A DNA stretch of 64,000 nt from Eledone cirrhosa (GCA_964016885.1 OZ024762.1:434001-498000), one strand, 5' to 3'; shown: positions 1 to 13,310, counted from the first letter of the stretch. The notes: generated from the sequence alone by a model not told the origin. A program made the numbers and translations.

Positions 1-1711
1 AGGACTCACCCCAATTCTGACAACCTAAAATTTGAAAAACAATGATAAACATAAAAATAAGGTCCAGGTACTTCAGGCCTTGTTACCTAATTTTTAATGA
101 TATATTCTTTATTTACTACTTTAACTAAATATAATTTATAGACTTCATTGAGAGGTCATATACAGGAGTTCAGATTACTGTCTAGCAGAGATATATTTCC
201 TCTGGGGTTAGGATATGTCTATGAGAAACACAACCTTGGCCTCAAGGATGCATGGTAGATTTTCGAAACTTATTTTAGGAGAAAAAAAAAATATTGTTCC
301 GATGCCAAGAAAGACAGTAATTCGGAACTGTATATTTTTTTATCCGGCCAGAATCTCATAGCAACGTTAAGGTATTGTTCTCAAAATAAATATTAAAATC
401 TCGTAGATTCGATATTATGTGAGGTGAAGCCTTTACTGTGAAAATACAATAGTATATATAGAGTAATGTAAATGTTATGTGAGGTAAAGCCTTTACTGTG
501 AAAATACAATAGTATATATAGAGTAATGTAAATGTTATGTGAGGTAAAGCCTTTACTGTGAAAATACAATAGTATATATATAGAGTAATGTAAATGTTAA
601 TGGTTTAAGCTGCCATTTTCTGAAAACATCCCAACAGACTTGCAAGCTTACCAACCAACATTATTATCAGTTTTAACAGTTACTGTCCATTTCATATTGT
701 GGTGGCCTTCAAACTAAACACAGTCTTCTACATTTTACACAATGTTTCAAGCAAACTACAATACCCTCTGGTACCCTTTGAGAAAGGCATGAATGTCCTC
801 AAAACTTCCCATTTAATCTCTCTCTCTTCCTGGATGTTCTCAATAAGGTGCTTAAACATCCCTTTAAATAATAACTGCGGTGGACCCAGATTTGGGGTTG
901 GGAGGTCTGAAGTTTGGATTAGTATAAGGGACTGCTTTGCAACAAGGGCAAGCCCCAGAAACAGCCCTCAAACTGCTTCTGGGGCCCTTCTTTTAGTATG
1001 AAGGTCCCTCAATCCATAAGCTTCATTAGTTTCACAGTAAATCTTCCACTGGTAATTACTACTGCTGATTGCAAATAAGCAAGATTTGTTTAGACCGAGT
1101 TTACTTTTAATGTGGTACCGATAGTTATTATGTCTGCTAAGAGTGGACTGCCACTACTAATGGAAGAAACTGATCCACTCATATGGACACTGCATGCTTG
1201 CTATCTAGCAGAACACTTGTTGATTCTCCAGTGCTCCCACTGCCTACAGCTGTGGTGAAGTGTTGCTCTACACTTAGCTCCAGTTAGATTGACAAGGTCT
1301 CTGCTAGAGTGAGGGATATGCACAGCACAGTTGCCCATAGTGAGAACTGGACCTTCCTTCCTTCATTTAACCCATAACCAGGTACCCTAACCACACCACA
1401 CAATTTGAATCTCGGAAATATTTTAACCCTTTTCGTCACTGCGTTTTACTGAATGAAATCCACTCAATTTCACTTCAATTAATTGATTGATGAAGAATTT
1501 TGAGTCTTTTACTAAAAATATAATTTCATTTTATTAAGTTATTAGGAAGTTAAAATATATTTTTTTTATAAGATTATGTTGGAACCATTTTAAGTGGGTG
1601 GGGGGGGGGGGCTTATTTCATAGAACCAGAACCAGTTTCGGTCAAGTTAATAAACAAAATGATTAACCCTTCCTTTACAGAAAAATATTATCATTATTAT
1701 TATTATTATTA

Positions 1712-1930
1712 AGGCAGTGGATTAGCAGAATCGGTAGAGCGTCAGTCAACATGCTTCATAGTATAGTTACGGCCCTTTACGTTCTGAGTTCAAATCCCGC
1801 CAAGGTTAACTTTGCCTTTCATCCTTATGAGGTTGATAAAATAAAGTGCCAGTCACGCACTGGGGTCGATTTAATTGACTTTCCCTCCCCCCAAATTGCT
1901 GGCCGTGTACCTATATAAGAAACAATTATT
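1712..1930 (+). mobile_element. Full-length tRNA-derived SINE with a MetaSINE-like core
   Basis: tRNA-like head (ggattagcagaatcggtagagcg...gagttcaaatccc), core gcctttcatccttatgaggttgataaaataaagtgccagt, (ATT)n tail. More than 10 copies in the window (6140-6350, 13822-14155, 26440-26550, 37610-37740, 40218-40405, 45635-45820, 50505-50610, 51925-52055, 60481-60720). Confidence 0.8.
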
Positions 1931-2638
1931 ATTATTTTAATTATAAAAAAATTCATTGTTATTTTAGCAACTTCAATTTTCTAATGCATTGTATGGTTTT
2001 TCAAATTATTTAAATTTATAAATCATTATTATTTTAATTATTATTATTATTATTATTATGATTTCTGAAGATAAGGAGCAATAAGGAAGGAATGTCAACT
2101 AGATTTTAAAAGTTGAAATAAGTAAATAATTTAATAATTAAATAATTAATTTTCTCTGGAACTCTTGTCCCAAACAGAAATAACTTAATTAACACACAAA
2201 TGTTAATTAAGTCGTTATTTCTTCTTTCTAAATAAATCCATTTTTTTATCATTTTTTTAAAAAACATTTTAATTTATTTTTTATTAATTTCTTTGTGTTA
2301 TTTTTTTCCTGCTTTTTATATTTTCTTTTTCTTCTGGGAAGATTTCAATAAAATAGAAATTTAATCAATAAGTTTTTTATTTTGTCTTTATTTTATTTTT
2401 TGTTTTGTTTTTTTTTCTTCTAAATTTGATTAAAAGTTTTTTTTATTTAAATGTCTTTTTAAAACAAATAATTTTTTTTTTTAATTGATTTCATTTTGCG
2501 TGTGTATGTGTGTGTGTGTATATATACATTTACATATATATATATATATATGTATATATATAATATATATATACACATATCTATATATATATGTGTATAT
2601 ATATATATATATATATAAATATATATACATATCTATAC

Positions 2639-2749
<111 letters not shown>

Positions 2750-3053
2750 TATAATGATCTGGTTATGTTATATTTAGAAATTGTAGAAGAAGAAAAAAAG
2801 TAATTTTAATAAAGACATGTCTATGTGTATCTTGGTTATCTCCTCTTGATTTCTTGCTGGCTGTTTTGAAATTATAAGTTGCAAAATGTTTCAAGTTTTA
2901 TGTTTTTTGTCTATTTTTTCTTCCTTTAAGTTTTTCCAACCATTTCTTCCTCTTGCATTGCACTACAGTGTCTAAAGATCCCTTCCGTTGTGCTGTGATG
3001 TTCATCCCGGTAATGCTGCTAGTTTTGTTTCCTAAATATTCACTCAACTATCA

Positions 3054-3091
<38 letters not shown>

Positions 3092-3181
3092 ATGTATTTT
3101 ACTACATATGCTAAACTTTATATATATTATATATATATATATATATATGGAAAAGAAATTGAAAATGCAATTGGAGTCTTT

Positions 3182-3407
3182 TAAGAATATTTATTTACTT
3201 TACTCGTTTCACAGTTCTTAAGTTTTTCAAAAGAAAAATTGAGATGGAGGGTTTGTGTTTCTGATGTGGTTTGTCTCACATCTCGTTGGAGTTGGAAAGT
3301 TCTTTTTAGATGTGAGACAAAACAACAGAAACACAAACCCTCCATCTCAATTTTACTTTTGAAAACCATAAGAACTGTGAAACTGGTAAAGTAAATAAAT
3401 ATTCTTA
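3182..3407. repeat. Long imperfect inverted repeat (~100-bp arms, ~24-nt loop)
   Basis: 3182-3283 is the reverse complement of 3308-3407 with scattered mismatches. Confidence 0.85.
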
Positions 3408-4299
3408 TATTTTTACCCGTGTGGGACATTAAAAAAAACCCTTACTTTCTTATATATATATTTATGTACATATTTAGTTACATATAGAATATAGTATATA
3501 GTATAACTATTTTTCTCGTCAATAAGTCAAAGAAACGATAAGTCATCTTAGTATTTTTGTTGTCAAAGTTTTCGAAGTTAGTCAGGCATTTAATGCAAAG
3601 TCTACATATGTATGTGTGTATATGTGTGTGTGTGTGTGTATGTATATATATATATATTCATTAATACATATTACTTCAACTTTATTGTTACCATATTTCT
3701 AATGAAAGACACTGCCTATGGTTTTCAAATCATTTTGAAAATCAATAATTTGGAGGGATTTCTAAATTTCTAATCAAGTTGAGTATTTGGAACATAACTT
3801 AACAAAAGTTCTTACATAAAATTATGATAGGTTTTTAGATAAATATAAGCCCTTTAAAATAAACAGTTTTGTATTGTAGAGCCAGGGGTGTTTGGAACAT
3901 AACTTAACAAAGGTTCCTACACAAAATTATGATGGAAGGTTTTTAGATAAATATGAACACTAACCCTTTCATTACTATATTTCTAATGTAAGACACTGTT
4001 GATGTTTGGAACATAACTTAACAAAGGTTCCTACACTGGGATCGGAAGGGTGTAATGTTTGTGGTATCCAGTGATATAAGCAAAGTTTGTGACACATGGG
4101 TCTTTAAATTTGAAACCTACCTTTCCGCTCTTCCACGAAAGCACTTTGCCTTTCGTCTTCTCTGGTTGTCAATAAAATACAGTACCAGTCATATACTAAG
4201 GGTGTTTAATTGACAAACCTCTCCATCTCGAATTTCTGGCATTGTGTCTCTGTTAGAAATAATACTACTAATAATAATTTGTTGTTATTGTTGTTATTG

Positions 4300-4330
<31 letters not shown>

Positions 4331-4446
4331 GTTTGTTTGAAAGTATATATAATGTTACTTTTCTTTTGCAAATTATATATATGTGTATATATATATATAT
4401 AATTAAATATATATGCATATATAATATATATATATAATTATGTATA

Positions 4447-4485
<39 letters not shown>

Positions 4486-4857
4486 ATCCTTGCTGAAATT
4501 TCTCTATCATGACTGTTTTTATCTCAGAATACTTATCCATAAATGTAGGGGGAGAATAGGGGGGGGGGGTCTGGCCTTCTTGTATACATGCCCACTCCCT
4601 CGACACAAACTCCTTGGACACCTCCCCCTCTCCCCAACAACTCTCCCTTCTCTCCACCCAAAACTGCTATCAGCATTACTAGGCCACCTGCCCACCCCTA
4701 CAAATCCCGATTTTCTTGACTTTTTCCAAAGATGTTTCCCTTGTCACAAGCCACCTCTCTCCCACCCCACAGGCCACCTCTCTCCCACCCTCAGGCCAAC
4801 CTTATTTGGGGATAAGTAAAACTCAATATATATATATATATAAATACATAGATGTAT

Positions 4858-4896
<39 letters not shown>

Positions 4897-4946
4897 ATAT
4901 ATATATATATGTATGTATATGTATATGTATGTATATATACATATAC

Positions 4947-4979
<33 letters not shown>

Positions 4980-5106
4980 TATATATATACATATACATAC
5001 ATATATATATATATATATATCTGGTGTTGTCCCTCGTCCCCATGTCCCCCACCACAGCGCCCGACAGTAACAAGTACAGGTGTATTGACAGCCGTTTATA
5101 CCTTAG

Positions 5107-5810
5107 GTGGTAAGAGCAGTTCGGAAGATAGAGCACAGCAAGAAACGACTGCGTACATTGATTGATCTGTTACTGGCTGCTGTTCTGGATACAGATCCCC
5201 AGTTACTGGAGGGGCTTCCCAGGATCCAGCAAGGACCCAGTCTCACTGTCGACACCCTCACAACTTTAAGTAGTGAACAGGTGAGTAGTACTTCCTAACA
5301 TCACCATAACAACATCAACAACACAACAACACCACCACCACCAACACTACAACCACCTATATTGTCACCTCCATCATCAACACTATCACAATCATCATCA
5401 CCATCAACACCGCCACCATGATCATCACCATCAACACCATCCCCGCCACCATCACTATCAACACCACCACCACTGCCACCATAATCATCACCATCAACAC
5501 CACCACCCCGCCACCATCACCATCAACACCATCAACACCACCCCGCCACCATGATCATCACCATCACCCCCCCCCCCCACCATAATCATCACCATCAACA
5601 CCACCACCCCTGCCACCATGATCATCATCATCAACACCACCACCCCCATCACCATCAATGCATTAAACTGTACATGTCTTAGTGACTGTATGTAGATAAT
5701 AACCAGCCCAGGTATGGCTTCTCTCTCTCTCAATCAACAGGTGACAAGTGACAGCTATATGACAAGATAGCATATATTGTGCTGACACTTTCTCAAAACA
5801 CATATTTTAT

Positions 5811-5842
<32 letters not shown>

Positions 5843-7127
5843 ATAAATTTATATATATTATAAAGTTAAATGACAGGGCCAAATATGTTGAATTTTCTTA
5901 ATTATTTATTTCTGCAAACACTATACACATTTCAGTGGCCAATTTGCGTAAGAACCTGGAACCTGGTGACATCTTCAGGTATAAATTGCATAATAGAGGT
6001 ATACCAACAAAATGATGATAAACTTTAAGGAAACAAGCAAAGAAAAAACATAAAAGAAAAAATTGTGTTTGTTTTTGATCGAGAGGCAAACGAAGCAGCA
6101 TGTTGTTAAAATGCCTTGCCGTCTCATTATTATTATATATTACGGGGTCGATAAAATAAAGTACCAGTAATGCACTGGGTAATTGCTGGCCCTGTGCCTA
6201 AAGTAGAAACAATTATTATTATATATATTCCATTCTGAGTTCAAATCCCGCCGAGGTTAACTTTGCCTTTCATCCTTACGGGGTCGATAAAATAAAGTAC
6301 CAGTAATACACTGAGTAATTGCTGGCCTTGTGCCAAAAGTAGAAACAATTATATATATATAAGTAATTCCACAACAGTTAGTTCACCATACCGAGAACTA
6401 CTTCTATGGCTTCTACAGGACTAGAACTGTTTTCATTCAAAAGAAATCATCAGGAAAGAGTACCTTACTAACTGTGGTTACCCCTAATTGAACCCAGGAC
6501 TTCACAGGTAATTAAATACCTGTGTTGTGTGTTGTAGAGTTGACAGGTAACTTCACACCTGTGTTGTAGAGTTGACAGGTAACTCACTATATATGTTGTG
6601 TGTTGACAGGTAACTCACTATATATGTTGTAGATTTGACAGGTAACTCAATATATATGTTGTGTGTTGACAGGTAACTCAACACAGGTAACTCACTATAT
6701 ATGTTGTAGAGTTGACAGGTAACTCAATATATATGTTGTGTGTTGACAGGTAACTCACTATATATGTTGTAGAGTTGACAGGTAACTCAATATATATGTT
6801 GTAGAGTTGACAGGTAACTCAATATATATGTTGTGTGTTGACAGGTAACTCAATATATATGTTGTAGAGTTGACAGGTAACTCAATATATATGTTGTGTG
6901 TTGACAGGTAACTCACTATATACGTTGTGTGTTGACAGGTAACTCAATATATATGTTGTGTGTTGTAGGTTCGACTGGAACTCCACAGAAGTGACCGAGA
7001 TTGCCAGAAACTCCAGGATTATGCCAATATTCTACTACAGAGAGTTGGAGCATCATATCCAGAACTTCTCGATAACTTTGTCTCAATGATGGAATCTTCC
7101 GATACGGAGAGTTGCCAGAGCACGTGA
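5107..7127 (+). CDS. 3' end (last two exons) of an uncharacterised protein with two tandem FIP-RBD (Rab11-binding)-like motifs
   Basis: Exon 5107-5280 (ttag|GTG...CAG|gtgagt, phase 0) and exon 6969-7127 (gtag|GTT...TGA) join in frame: [110 protein letters not shown]. Both halves resemble the RAB11FIP C-terminal motif (LxDYIDxLLxxVMETxPxILE). Upstream exons not found. Confidence 0.6.
6405..6500 (-). mobile_element. Penelope-like element, family B, with hammerhead motif
   Basis: Minus strand CCTGATGA-TTTC-TTTT-GAAT-GAAAC-AGTTCTAGTCCTGTAGAA. The same family occurs at 24.5, 44.0, 51.2 and 58.0 kb. Confidence 0.55.
6520..6965. repeat. ~34-bp minisatellite
   Basis: (gttgacaggtaactcaatatatatgttgtaga/gt)n, ending at the 6969 exon acceptor. 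Confidence 0.9.
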
Positions 7128-7704
7128 CACATACACACATATATACACACACCATCTACATACATGCACACACATATATATACACATACCATCTACATAC
7201 ATGCACACATACATATATATATACACATATATACATACCATCTACATACATGCACACACACCATCTATATACACCATATACATACATCATGTACACATTA
7301 TGTGCACACATCATATACACGCATATATATATACACACAGTCACAGACTGTATTTCATGCTCATACACGCACACACTATACACCACACACACACACATAT
7401 ATATACACACTCTGTACACACAAACATGCAAACCTCCCCCCTCCTCCCCCTCCCTTTCTCACTCTCACCCTCTCTCTCTTTCATTCTCTACTTCTCTCTC
7501 TCTTTCACTCTCTACTTCTCTCTCTCTCTTTCACTCTCTCTACTTCACTCTCTCTTTCACTCTCTTTCTCTCTCTCACACGCACTGTTCCTCTCTCTCCC
7601 TTTCTCACTGACACTAAGAGAGTTATGGTACCCCAGAGACAGTAGTGGTTCCCCACCCCAGGGACAACTATGGTACCCCACCCCAACTGTGTAGAGAAAT
7701 TATA

Positions 7705-7940
7705 TATCATCATCATCCAACCACGTTCCTTCGTCATCTCATCTCTGAGTCTCAGAGACAACGGTCAGCTCTCACCACCAACATCTTTCTCGCTCTACCT
7801 CCACTGGCTTCCTTCCCCTCGGATTTCCTGGCACTTCTTCACCCAGCGATCATCATCCATGTACATCACATGTCGATACCAGTGCAGTCTTCACTCCTGC
7901 ACACCATCTCTGATTCCTCTTAATCTCAGCTGGATCAGGC
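7705..7940 (-). mobile_element. RTE-clade LINE 3' fragment
   Basis: GIRDGVQE*RLHWYRHVMYMDDDRWVKKC followed by a (TGA)n tail. Confidence 0.7.
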
Positions 7941-8450
7941 AGCTAAGGTGACACAGACTGCTGAGGACCAGAGGTGGGTTTTTACTGCTCAGCTCAGGTA
8001 ACACAGACTGCTGAGGGCCTGAGGTGGGTTTTTACTGCTCAGCTAAGGTAACACAGACTGCTGAGGGCCTGAGGTGGGTTTTTACTGCTCAGCTAAGGTG
8101 ACACTGACTGCTGAGGGGCAGAGGTGTGTTTTCACTGCTCAGCTAAGGCAACACAGACTGCTGAGGGCCTGAGGTGGTTTTTACTGCTCAGCTAAGGTGA
8201 CACTGACTGCTGAGGGGCAGAGGTGGGTTTTCACTGCTCAGCTAAGGTAACACAGACTGCTGAGGGCCTGAGGTGAGTTTTTACTGCTCAGCTAAGGTGA
8301 CACTGACTGCTGAGGGGCAGAGGTGGGTTTTTACTGCTCAGCTAAGGTAACACAGACTGTTGAGGGCCTGAGGTGGGCTTTTACTGCTCAGCTAAGGTAA
8401 CATTGACTGCTGAGGGGCAGAAGTGTGTTTTCACTGCTCAGCTAAGGTGA
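7940..8450. repeat. 52-bp minisatellite, ~10 copies
   Basis: (cagctaaggtaacacagactgctgagggcctgaggtgggtttttactgct)n. Confidence 0.9.
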
Positions 8451-8718
8451 CAAGACCTTTCCATCTCCCCCCCCCTCTCTCTCTCTCTCTATCTACCTCA
8501 CCGCTCTCTCTCTATATATATATAATCCAATGTAACTATGGAACAATACAGTCGTCTGCCATTCTCTTCTTCAAAATATCATCTCTCCCCCTCTCTCTCT
8601 CTACCTCACCGCGCTCTCCCCCTCTCTCTATTTCTATTATAATGATAATAATCATGGTTGTGACTATATATTCACTACCATATATATATATATATACACA
8701 TATATATATATAGGTGTG

Positions 8719-8791
<73 letters not shown>

Positions 8792-8844
8792 ATATACATA
8801 TATATATATACACCTATATATATATACACATGTATATATACACC

Positions 8845-8877
<33 letters not shown>

Positions 8878-9538
8878 CTATTTATATACACACCTTTATA
8901 TATATATGTATATATAGACATACACCCTACCATATATATATATACATACACACCCACATACTGACATATACATACATATATACACTCTACCACATACATA
9001 CAAACACACATACTACCACATACATACACACACACATACTACCACATACATACACACACTACCACATACACACACACAACCACATTCACACACACACACA
9101 CACACACTACCACATACATACACATTTGTGTACTTATGGAAGTACATATATATATGTAAATGTATATATGTATATGTTGTGTGTTTATGTATATCTACAT
9201 ACATATTGTGTATGCATGTATATAAATGTATGTTTTGTATGTTTGTATATATATGTATATGTTACGAGTGTATGTATATTTAAATATGTGTTGTGTGTAG
9301 TATGTATATATATGATTTGTGTGTATATATGTATGCTTTTGTGTGTGTGTTTGTATATATAAGTATGTGTATATATATTATATGTGAATGTATATGTATA
9401 TATATGAGTGAGTGTTTGTTTATATAGTATGTGTATATATTTTGTGTATATATATATGTGATTTGTGTGTGTATGTATATTTATGATGTATGTATATATA
9501 TATATATGTGTTTTGTGTGTGTATGTATGTTTATGATG

Positions 9539-9569
<31 letters not shown>

Positions 9570-9699
9570 ATGTTTTGTATGTATATATAAGTATGCATGT
9601 GTTTTGAGTGTATGTTAGTATATATAGAAATGTATATATGTATACATAAGTATATGTCTGTGTTGTGTGTATATATATACACACAGAAACAACAAATCA

Positions 9700-9797
9700 A
9701 ACAACACAGTACAATGAAGAAATATATTAGTTTAATGCTTGATACAGTAGAAAGAGAGTGTTAACGTTTCAGACACTCGTCCTTCATCAGAAGATAG
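9700..9797 (-). mobile_element. Penelope-like short element, family A, with hammerhead motif
   Basis: TCTT-CTGATGA-A-GGAC-GAGT-GTCT-GAAACGTT followed by the family tail ...caagcattaaactaatatatt. Confidence 0.6.
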
Positions 9798-10164
9798 TAT
9801 GAGATAAAAAAGATGAAATAGAGAATGAGAACTGAAAGGAATGGAAACATTATTTTGAGAAAAAGCATGTGTGTATTCAGTCAGCCTATATATATACATG
9901 TGTGTATATATATATAAACATACAAAAATGTGTGTATGTAAATACGTAACCAAACGTTACCTGCAAAATTCCTGAATTCAGAAAATTCATGTAATTCTTC
10001 CATTTTTGTTATTTTGGTGTTATGTATGGCTGTTTTTATCTTTAATGTCTCAGGGACCCCATCTTTTTAAGATGTCTCCTCTCTCAAGTGTACTTTCAGT
10101 CTGTCATTATCCAGCAAGATGAGCAATATACATGTGTGTGTGTGTGTGTGTGTGTGTATGTTTG

Positions 10165-10195
<31 letters not shown>

Positions 10196-10396
10196 TAAGA
10201 AAAAGAAGAGACAGTTTCACATATTCAACTTCAGTTTATTACATTACATCTATTATACACATTTCAAAGGCATCAAAATGTAATTATGTAATAGTTATCC
10301 ACTGCTTTGTCATCAGATGGGTTTATAAATGTAAACAATGCTTGGTTTATGATAGGCCTGCCTTCAAAAGGATATTGGCATTTCAGGTTCTGACAG

Positions 10397-10531
<135 letters not shown>

Positions 10532-10532
10532 C

Positions 10533-10583
<51 letters not shown>

Positions 10584-10604
10584 CACATATATATATATAT
10601 ACAC

Positions 10605-10637
<33 letters not shown>

Positions 10638-10951
10638 CACATATATATATATATACACACATATATATATATACATACATACATACATATACATTATATA
10701 TATATACATACATACATATACATTATATATATACATGATTATAAGCATCTGTTTGTACAGATACACACCCACATTTGTTTGAAAGATCCATAATCGCGGA
10801 ATCAAACTAAATCATTACATAATAATTTATGTAAAATTACAGTTGGAACATGTATAGTAAAATTACAGTTGGAACATGTATAGTAAAAATCAATGTTTGT
10901 TTTATTGGTCTTTCTGCCTCCATTTTTGGAACGTATACTGTAGAATCTCTG

Positions 10952-11693
10952 TTAATAGCAAATATCTGCCATTCTCTCTTCTGTTGATACTATTACATCT
11001 TCCAATGACAACACCACATCGAGTGGTGTACAGGCTTTCCACCAACATTTACTGCAATATAACCAAGGGATATATCATCATCATTGTTTAACCTTTTAGT
11101 ATTTACTCTATATATACAATTGTATTTTCATGATAAAGGTTTTATCTCACATAATATTAAGTCTATGAGATTTCAATATTTATTTTGAGAACAATACCTT
11201 AACATCAGTATGAGAAGCCAGTTACAACCGGTTTGAACAGAAAGGCGAGAGAATTCTGGCTGGATACAACTGGTTTAAATGCTAAAGAGTTAACCTCTTT
11301 TCCCTGCTAGCAAGGGTTCGACAAGTCTACCTAGATCAAGTCAGTACTGTTCCTGGGGCTACTGACCTCCCAGATAGTTCAGTTACTTACAAGTGGTCTC
11401 ACATTCTACCAAGTGCCCAAGAGAGGCTGTCATGTATTTAACACAACTAAAGGGTCCTCCTAACCCTTTTCTGGCAGGCTTTCTACAGCTAGATGCTCTT
11501 CCTATCACCAACCACTTTACAGAGTGTACTGGGTGTGTTTATCGTGTAGATAACCAACACTAGGGAGGCTTATACCCTTCACACAGCTGAAGGGTCCTCT
11601 CGACTGTTTGTTTGGCATAATGTGTGTCTGTGCGAGTGTGAAAATATCTACATATATCTAAACACATAAACATACATATGCACGCATATATAT

Positions 11694-11726
<33 letters not shown>

Positions 11727-11841
11727 TTCTTATATATATACATAACACACACATACACTTTATTATATATATATAAGTTAGTTCCACAACAAATTAGCAA
11801 ACCATTCGTGCGTTTCACCGAACAGATCCTCAACTCGTGTG

Positions 11842-11875
<34 letters not shown>

Positions 11876-12277
11876 TAGGTACTTATTCATGCATACGTAC
11901 ATAATATACATACATATACATATACACATATATATATATACATATATAAATTCTGTGTTATTACCAAATTTAAAAACTATTAAAGTACTTTAAAGAAAGC
12001 AATATGACTGATTAAATTTCAGTCTTTAAATAAAATTCTTCAAACATTTCCGAAAAAAATTGGTAAAAATCTTTTTTTTTTTTAAATAAAAAAAAAAAAA
12101 TTATTACTCCAAAATGAATTTTTTAAATAACATTTTTTTAATTTATTCAAAATTTTATTTTTTTATTTATTTATTAATTAATTATTTTTTTTTTTTTTAT
12201 ATTCTAACTTTATTAAATTTCATCTTTGGAAATTGGAACCAAAAGAAAGTAAGATGTCTTAGACATGTCTTGGACAT
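10952..12277 (-). CDS. Putative small orphan protein, ~93 aa, 4 coding exons
   Basis: Exons 12277-12209, 11833-11803, 11657-11576 and 11051-10952 are phase-compatible (0,1,2) with GT-AG ends. Translation: MSKTCLRHLTFFWFQFPKMKFNKLRICSVKRTNDICRYFHTRTDTHYAKQTVERTLQLCEGKCWWKACTPLDVVLSLEDVIVSTEERMADICY*. AATAAA at 10906-10901. The acceptor of exon 2 is weak; no family recognised. Confidence 0.4.
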
Positions 12278-12490
12278 CTCTGGAATAAAATAAAAAAAAT
12301 ATGATGTATTTCTCGTAAATCTTTTAAGTCTCTGGGACTTTTTATAAATTTAACAAAAGAATTTGCTATTCAGCAGTAAAAAAAAAACAATAATAATAAT
12401 GCTGATGATTAAATAAATAAAGAAACAAAAAAGTAAAAATGAGAAAAGAGAAAAAAAAATCTTGTTTTTTCTTTACCTTCTTCTTCTAAG

Positions 12491-12526
12491 GAGCAGAAAG
12501 ACATTTTGTTTGTAAAAATGAGAGAG
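12491..12526 (+). pseudogene. Orphan copy of the 3' end of SH2D4 coding exon 1 ([12 protein letters not shown]) with its donor site
   Basis: GAGCAGAAAGACATTTTGTTTGTAAAAATGAGAGAG|gtgagttg versus 58845-58880 GAGCAAAAACACATCTTGTTTGTGAAAATGAGAGAG|gtgagttg. Both are followed by the same family of LINE 3' end. Confidence 0.75.
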
Positions 12527-12539
12527 GTGAGTTGTTGTT

Positions 12540-12830
12540 GTTCTTCAGCCACTTATTCCTGAGAGGGGGTCCCCAAATACTCCTTCCAGCAGGCCCTGTC
12601 AGAAACAAACATTTCCAAGTGAGACCAGCCAACCTCATGGATGTTATCCAACCATCTTGCTCTGCGTCTACCCCTGGGTCTCCTACCAGTTGGTTTTGCC
12701 CATAAAATCTGTCCAGGGATTCCTTCCTCAGACATTCTAACCACATGTCCATATTATCAGAGCTGTGATGTCTCAATTCAGAGACGTAGCAGCTCTACCT
12801 GGAGTGACTCTCTCATCTCCGAACTACTCA
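12540..12830 (-). mobile_element. LINE (RTE-like) 3' end, family ending in CTCAGGAATAAGTGG-(GAA)n
   Basis: Encodes ILWAKPTGRRPRGRRRARWLDNI. Other copies at 16455-16770 (+), 21835-22310 (-), 47335-47670 (-) and 58960-59210 (-). Confidence 0.75.
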
Positions 12831-13094
12831 GTAAAAATATATCTTCTGTGTTTATCTGGTATAGTATTCTCTTTTGTTATGGTTTTGGTATTATGGTGTG
12901 TTTGTGTGTGTGTGTGATATCAAAATGCAAAGTAAAAAAGTTTCAAAGAATAAAAAAAAAAGCATGTAACACTTTTATATATGTGTATATTTATTTATTA
13001 AAACTATAAAAATATATACACAGACACAATATATATATATATACACACATATATATATATAAATACACACCTCTAGTTTCCAATCTACCACATC

Positions 13095-13310
13095 CCCAAC
13101 CCCCAGTCAGTTTCCTAGCTGCCACATCTGCCCTCCCCCCAGTCTCCTAGCTGCCACATCTGCCCTCCCCCCAGTCTCCTAGCTGCCACATCTGCCCTCC
13201 CCCCAGTCTCCTAGCTGCCACATCTGCCCTCCCCCCAGTCTCCTAGCTACCACATCTGCCCACCTTCAGTTTCCTAGCTACCACATCTCCCCACCTCCAG
13301 TTAGTTTCCT
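13095..13310. repeat. 31-bp minisatellite in the FARS2 3' UTR region
   Basis: (cagtctcctagctgccacatctgccctcccc)n. Confidence 0.85.

Noticed and set aside
1056-1090. LLLLIANKQDL, resembling the ARF GTPase G4 motif
   Set aside because: In-frame TAA immediately upstream, no acceptor site and no other G-box motifs; probably chance.
4481-4819. 112-aa ORF as a candidate upstream exon of the FIP-RBD-like gene
   Set aside because: C-rich low-complexity sequence with no recognisable domain and no convincing in-frame donor.
8536-8590. Short match (GAGAATGGCAGA, RMAD) to the last exon of the orphan gene
   Set aside because: Only 12 nt in purine-rich context with no splice support.
11576-11833. Possible split TGA (selenocysteine) codon using an alternative junction TG|A
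   Set aside because: A stop-free frame exists using the upstream acceptor at 11657, and no SECIS was recognised.
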